This document shows positions 34,298 through 36,988 of a stretch of DNA of 36,988 nucleotides, piece after piece (position 1 is the stretch's first letter; every line of letters begins with the position of its first letter). A program made the translations under genes and the position numbers. The notes beneath the pieces were generated by a model that made no database searches, was not told the origin of the DNA, and saw only the letters and a program-made list of their open reading frames with translations. The stretch is from assembly GCA_043821745.1 (NCBI GenBank), contig JBDRCL010000137.1, positions 1 through 36,988 of the forward strand, given 5' to 3'. Origin of the DNA: Methanobacteriota archaeon (GTDB lineage: Archaea > Hadarchaeota > Hadarchaeia > Hadarchaeales > Hadarchaeaceae).

Positions 34298-34819
34298 TTA
34301 AAAAGTTTCGGCGCGCGATATAGTGTTTAATGGCAGCCTTGATTTTGGGTCTGGTTTTTCAGAAGGCCTCCCAATCGGTATCATTGCCATCGGCCTGACA
34401 TCCGATGGGGCCTTGATTGCCTTAGTGACAGCGTTTTCTTCAAAAGCCCCGACCCAGCAAGTTCCGTAATCAAGTGCATACGCCGCAAGGTGGATGTTTT
34501 GCACGGCGGCGGCTGTATCCTGTAGGCAGTACAGGTCTTCTCCTCGCTTTCCGTAACGGCTCGCTGACCTTGATGGCTTGGCACAGACGACTATTACAAC
34601 TGGAGCTTGAGCCAAGGAGCTCTGTCCGTGTGCGGCGTCTGTTAGCCTCTGCTTGATTTCCACATCCTTGACGATGACAAACTCCCAAGGCTGGCAATTC
34701 CCAGCGCTTGGTGCGGATATTCCTGCCCCCAAAATTTTTTTCAGGTCACCATCATCGACTGGTGTTGGCCTAAATTTGCGTATGCTCTTTCGTCCTCGTA
34801 TGGCATCAAACACATCCAT
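34298..34819 (-). CDS. nitroreductase-family FMN oxidoreductase
   Basis: It shows MDVFDAIRGRKSIRKF, APSAGNCQPWEF and a conserved C-terminal region. Length is 173 aa. Confidence 0.85.
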   Translation of the reverse strand: MDVFDAIRGRKSIRKFRPTPVDDGDLKKILGAGISAPSAGNCQPWEFVIVKDVEIKQRLTDAAHGQSSLAQAPVVIVVCAKPSRSASRYGKRGEDLYCLQDTAAAVQNIHLAAYALDYGTCWVGAFEENAVTKAIKAPSDVRPMAMIPIGRPSEKPDPKSRLPLNTISRAETF

Positions 34820-34829
34820 CCAATCGCCG

Positions 34830-35126
34830 ATGTTATTTATAAAAGAAATACTAAAAGATTTCTGTGGTTCATTGATAGAATCGACTGAGCTGGACTGGAT
34901 AGTTCAAAAAACGGCCGAGCTATTAGCCGACAAGGTCAAGGACGGTCCGTTGACTGACCGGGATATCAACCTGGCCTTTGAGATGTTTGCAAGGTCGAGG
35001 CTTGATAACCTAAGCTCCTCCTTTGAGACCGATCTCGAGCGTACGCAGGCCCGAGATTTCATAATGATGAAGCTAAACGATCGGGCCAAGCAGCTCAACG
35101 CTGAGCAGTGGAATAAGACTGAGTAA
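34830..35126 (+). CDS. hypothetical soluble helical protein, 98 aa
   Basis: I take the start at the ATG at 34830 (MLFIKEILKDF...). The upstream part of track ORF 34653..35126 lies antisense within the nitroreductase gene. I recognise no motif. Confidence 0.4.
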   Translation: MLFIKEILKDFCGSLIESTELDWIVQKTAELLADKVKDGPLTDRDINLAFEMFARSRLDNLSSSFETDLERTQARDFIMMKLNDRAKQLNAEQWNKTE

Positions 35127-35272
35127 TTTAAACGAAAAAATCGTAGTTCTAATCTTCAGCCTTCGAGGTCAGTTTTTAGTTCAAGGGCAATGCAAAATCA
35201 AGACCCTCACCTAATTGTGCACTTAGGGCTTGCGTTATGTTGCAAGGTAGTTTACTTTCCGAGGTGTTTGAA

Positions 35273-35695
35273 TCACCACCAACCCAGCCTCCAATAAACA
35301 ATCCTGAAAATTATCAAAGTAGCCATGCCAGCCACTAAAGGCCAAATGCTTAGCGAAGCCTTTTGGATGAGTCCTAGGCCGTACATTATTTCGAGAATTC
35401 CATAGGCGACTTGCATGGAGGTGAAGAATGAGAGCAAAAGCTTGGCGATGATGTCTTCGATGGTGGTCCAGAGTATGAAAAACACTACACCTGTTCCCAA
35501 CCCGCCTGCGGAAAATATGAGAATGGTATCGATGAAGCCCTGAGATGGGGGTGTTATGTTAACGAATCCGTAAACATTGATAAACTCTATCGCATAGAAG
35601 ACATCGGTACTGTAGCCGAGAGCTCGAGCAACGACTAAATGGAAGGTTTCATGGACGACCAGAGACAGACCTAAAAAAACTATGAAAAGTGCCAT
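35273..35695 (-). CDS. small membrane protein with an intramembrane HExxH motif (putative zinc metallopeptidase-like)
   Basis: The 140-aa product has 4-5 hydrophobic helices. HETFH sits in helix 1 (MALFIVFLGLSLVVHETFHLVVARALGY). Confidence 0.5.
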   Translation of the reverse strand: MALFIVFLGLSLVVHETFHLVVARALGYSTDVFYAIEFINVYGFVNITPPSQGFIDTILIFSAGGLGTGVVFFILWTTIEDIIAKLLLSFFTSMQVAYGILEIMYGLGLIQKASLSIWPLVAGMATLIIFRIVYWRLGWW

Positions 35696-35893
35696 GCCCC
35701 TTTTTATATCGTCGGTCGCGCGCGCCTTTTTCTTTCTACGTTTCGGGACTATCGTCAGATTTAACCCCCACTTCAGATTGTTTGTTCAGACATTAATTAA
35801 CCCCCAACGGTTGTAATAAATAATCAAAAAAGATCAGCCAAGAAATTGGCTCCCTGAACCGGCGTAGGTAGTGAAAATTTTCTCAAAAATTTA

Positions 35894-36163
35894 TTAGATT
35901 AGCAACGGCTTACCGGTCCATATCAAGAATATGACCAAGAGGCAGACCACGGCGATTATTATCAGGCCGGCTCCCCATTTTCTGGCTTGGGCCTTCATAC
36001 ATATGTAGCCGAAGATGCTCGTAGCACCGATGGACAAAATTAGCACTGTTGTCAGCACGACTTGCGCAGCCGCTCTGATTAAGCCGCTTCCGAACACCAA
36101 GCCTATGAGGGGCAGTATTATGGCTAGGATTATGACTGCGCCTAAAAGAAATGACACCCGCAT
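35894..36163 (-). CDS. small integral membrane protein (hypothetical)
   Basis: The 89-aa product has three hydrophobic helices. I recognise no motif. Confidence 0.4.
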   Translation of the reverse strand: MRVSFLLGAVIILAIILPLIGLVFGSGLIRAAAQVVLTTVLILSIGATSIFGYICMKAQARKWGAGLIIIAVVCLLVIFLIWTGKPLLI

Positions 36164-36229
36164 ACTTTCACCAATGCTCTTTACATGTCATTCTTTTAAA
36201 AGTTAATGTAATAGCAGTTAGGGGTCCGT

Positions 36230-36988
36230 ATGCCTAGATTGGCCGTCATAAACCAGGAGCTCTGCCAGCCCAAGAGGTGCTCGTTGGAGTGTCACCGTTA
36301 CTGTCCGGGCGTCAGGATGGGCGACGAGACGATAGTAATCGACGAGCAGACCGGCAGGCCGGCGATATCGGAGCAGTTGTGTAGCGGTTGCGGGATATGT
36401 GTGCACAAGTGTCCCCTGAAAGCCATTTCAATTATCAACCTTCCAAAGGAGCTTGAGGGGCGCTGCATTTACCGCTACCAGCCAAACGGATTCGCTCTCT
36501 ATGAGCTACCCATCCCCCGCGCGGGCAGCGTGACGGGTCTGGTCGGCCAGAACGGCGTCGGGAAAACAACGGCACTTCAGATACTGGCTGGTCGTCTGAA
36601 GCCGAACCTTGGGATGGAGGAAGTGACTCAAAAACGGTTGAACGAGTTCTTCAAGGGATCTGAGCTGCAGGCTCACTTCAAAAATATCGATAGTGTAAAG
36701 GTAGTCTACAAACCCCAATCCGTGAACGACTTGCCCAAGGCCGTAAAGGGAAAAGTCTTGGGGCTGCTTGAGAAGGTCGACGAGCGTGGCGTGACGAAGG
36801 AACTGATTCGCTCGCTCGAGCTGGAGGATTTCCTGAACAGGGACATTAAACTGTTGAGCGGCGGAGAGCTACAGCGTTTGGCCATAGCAGCAGCAGCTGT
36901 TCGCGAGGCCGACATCTACTACTTCGACGAACCTAGTTCTCACCTTGACGTTTATCAGCGCCTGAACGCAGCGATAGCGATCAGGTCG
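36230..36988 (+). CDS. abcE1: ABCE1 / RNase L inhibitor (ribosome-recycling ABC ATPase), 5' partial, continues past the right edge
   Basis: My own translation from the ATG at 36230 gives MPRLAVINQELCQPKRCSLECHRYCPGV...CSGCGICVHKCP, i.e. two 4Fe-4S motifs. Walker A GLVGQNGVGKTT, signature LSGGELQR and Walker B YYFDEPSS follow. It is absent from the ORF track because there is no stop in the window. Confidence 0.95.
   Translation, partial: MPRLAVINQELCQPKRCSLECHRYCPGVRMGDETIVIDEQTGRPAISEQLCSGCGICVHKCPLKAISIINLPKELEGRCIYRYQPNGFALYELPIPRAGSVTGLVGQNGVGKTTALQILAGRLKPNLGMEEVTQKRLNEFFKGSELQAHFKNIDSVKVVYKPQSVNDLPKAVKGKVLGLLEKVDERGVTKELIRSLELEDFLNRDIKLLSGGELQRLAIAAAAVREADIYYFDEPSSHLDVYQRLNAAIAIRS

Noticed and set aside
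34653-34829. The upstream 59 aa of track ORF 34653..35126.
   Set aside because: It lies antisense inside the nitroreductase CDS (34298-34819). The ATG at 34830, just outside that gene, gives a non-overlapping product.
1-36988. A search for CRISPR arrays, IS elements or transposases, integrases next to the three tRNAs, prophage genes, toxin-antitoxin pairs and known defence systems.
   Set aside because: I saw no regularly spaced direct repeats and no DDE, serine or tyrosine recombinase-like ORFs. I also saw no terminal inverted repeats or att-like duplications of tRNA 3' ends. Gene content is contiguous core metabolism and translation.

Overview
This is an archaeal chromosomal segment of roughly 50% GC, densely packed and almost entirely housekeeping. 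The archaeal assignment rests on ABCE1/RLI, an AglB/STT3-type oligosaccharyltransferase, archaeal-type PPAT and pantoate kinase, an archaeal-type ProRS, tRNAs with apparent spliced introns, and class III RNR, which points to an anaerobe. I call about 43 CDS and 3 tRNAs.

The minus strand from 2.7 to 11.9 kb carries a nucleotide-metabolism supercluster: thyX, dcd, nrdG, nrdD, pyrG, pyrD, pyrK and a pyrF-pyrE fusion. The plus strand from 27.5 to 34.2 kb is a tight co-directional array that mixes NAD salvage (pncA, NAPRTase), proline synthesis (proB, proA) and CoA synthesis (PPAT, coaBC, pantoate kinase). An inositol-related cluster sits at 17.1-21.0 kb: a CDP-alcohol phosphatidyltransferase, PadR, myo-inositol-1-phosphate synthase and a PfkB kinase.

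I found no CRISPR array, transposase, integrase, toxin-antitoxin pair or recognisable defence gene, and I cannot support a clear multi-gene novel system. The most unusual items are:
- Two intron-containing tRNAs: Leu(UAA) with two putative introns, and Glu(CUC) with a D-loop intron.
- A reversed-order OMP decarboxylase-OPRTase fusion.
- An AglB-like protein with a variant WWDYG motif and four C-terminal tandem repeats of about 93 aa.
- A small-gene island at 25.2-26.3 kb. It holds a MoaD/ThiS-like beta-grasp protein ending in GPCC instead of GG, divergent from a Cys-rich mini-protein.

All calls come from reading the translations and sequence by eye. No database search was run.
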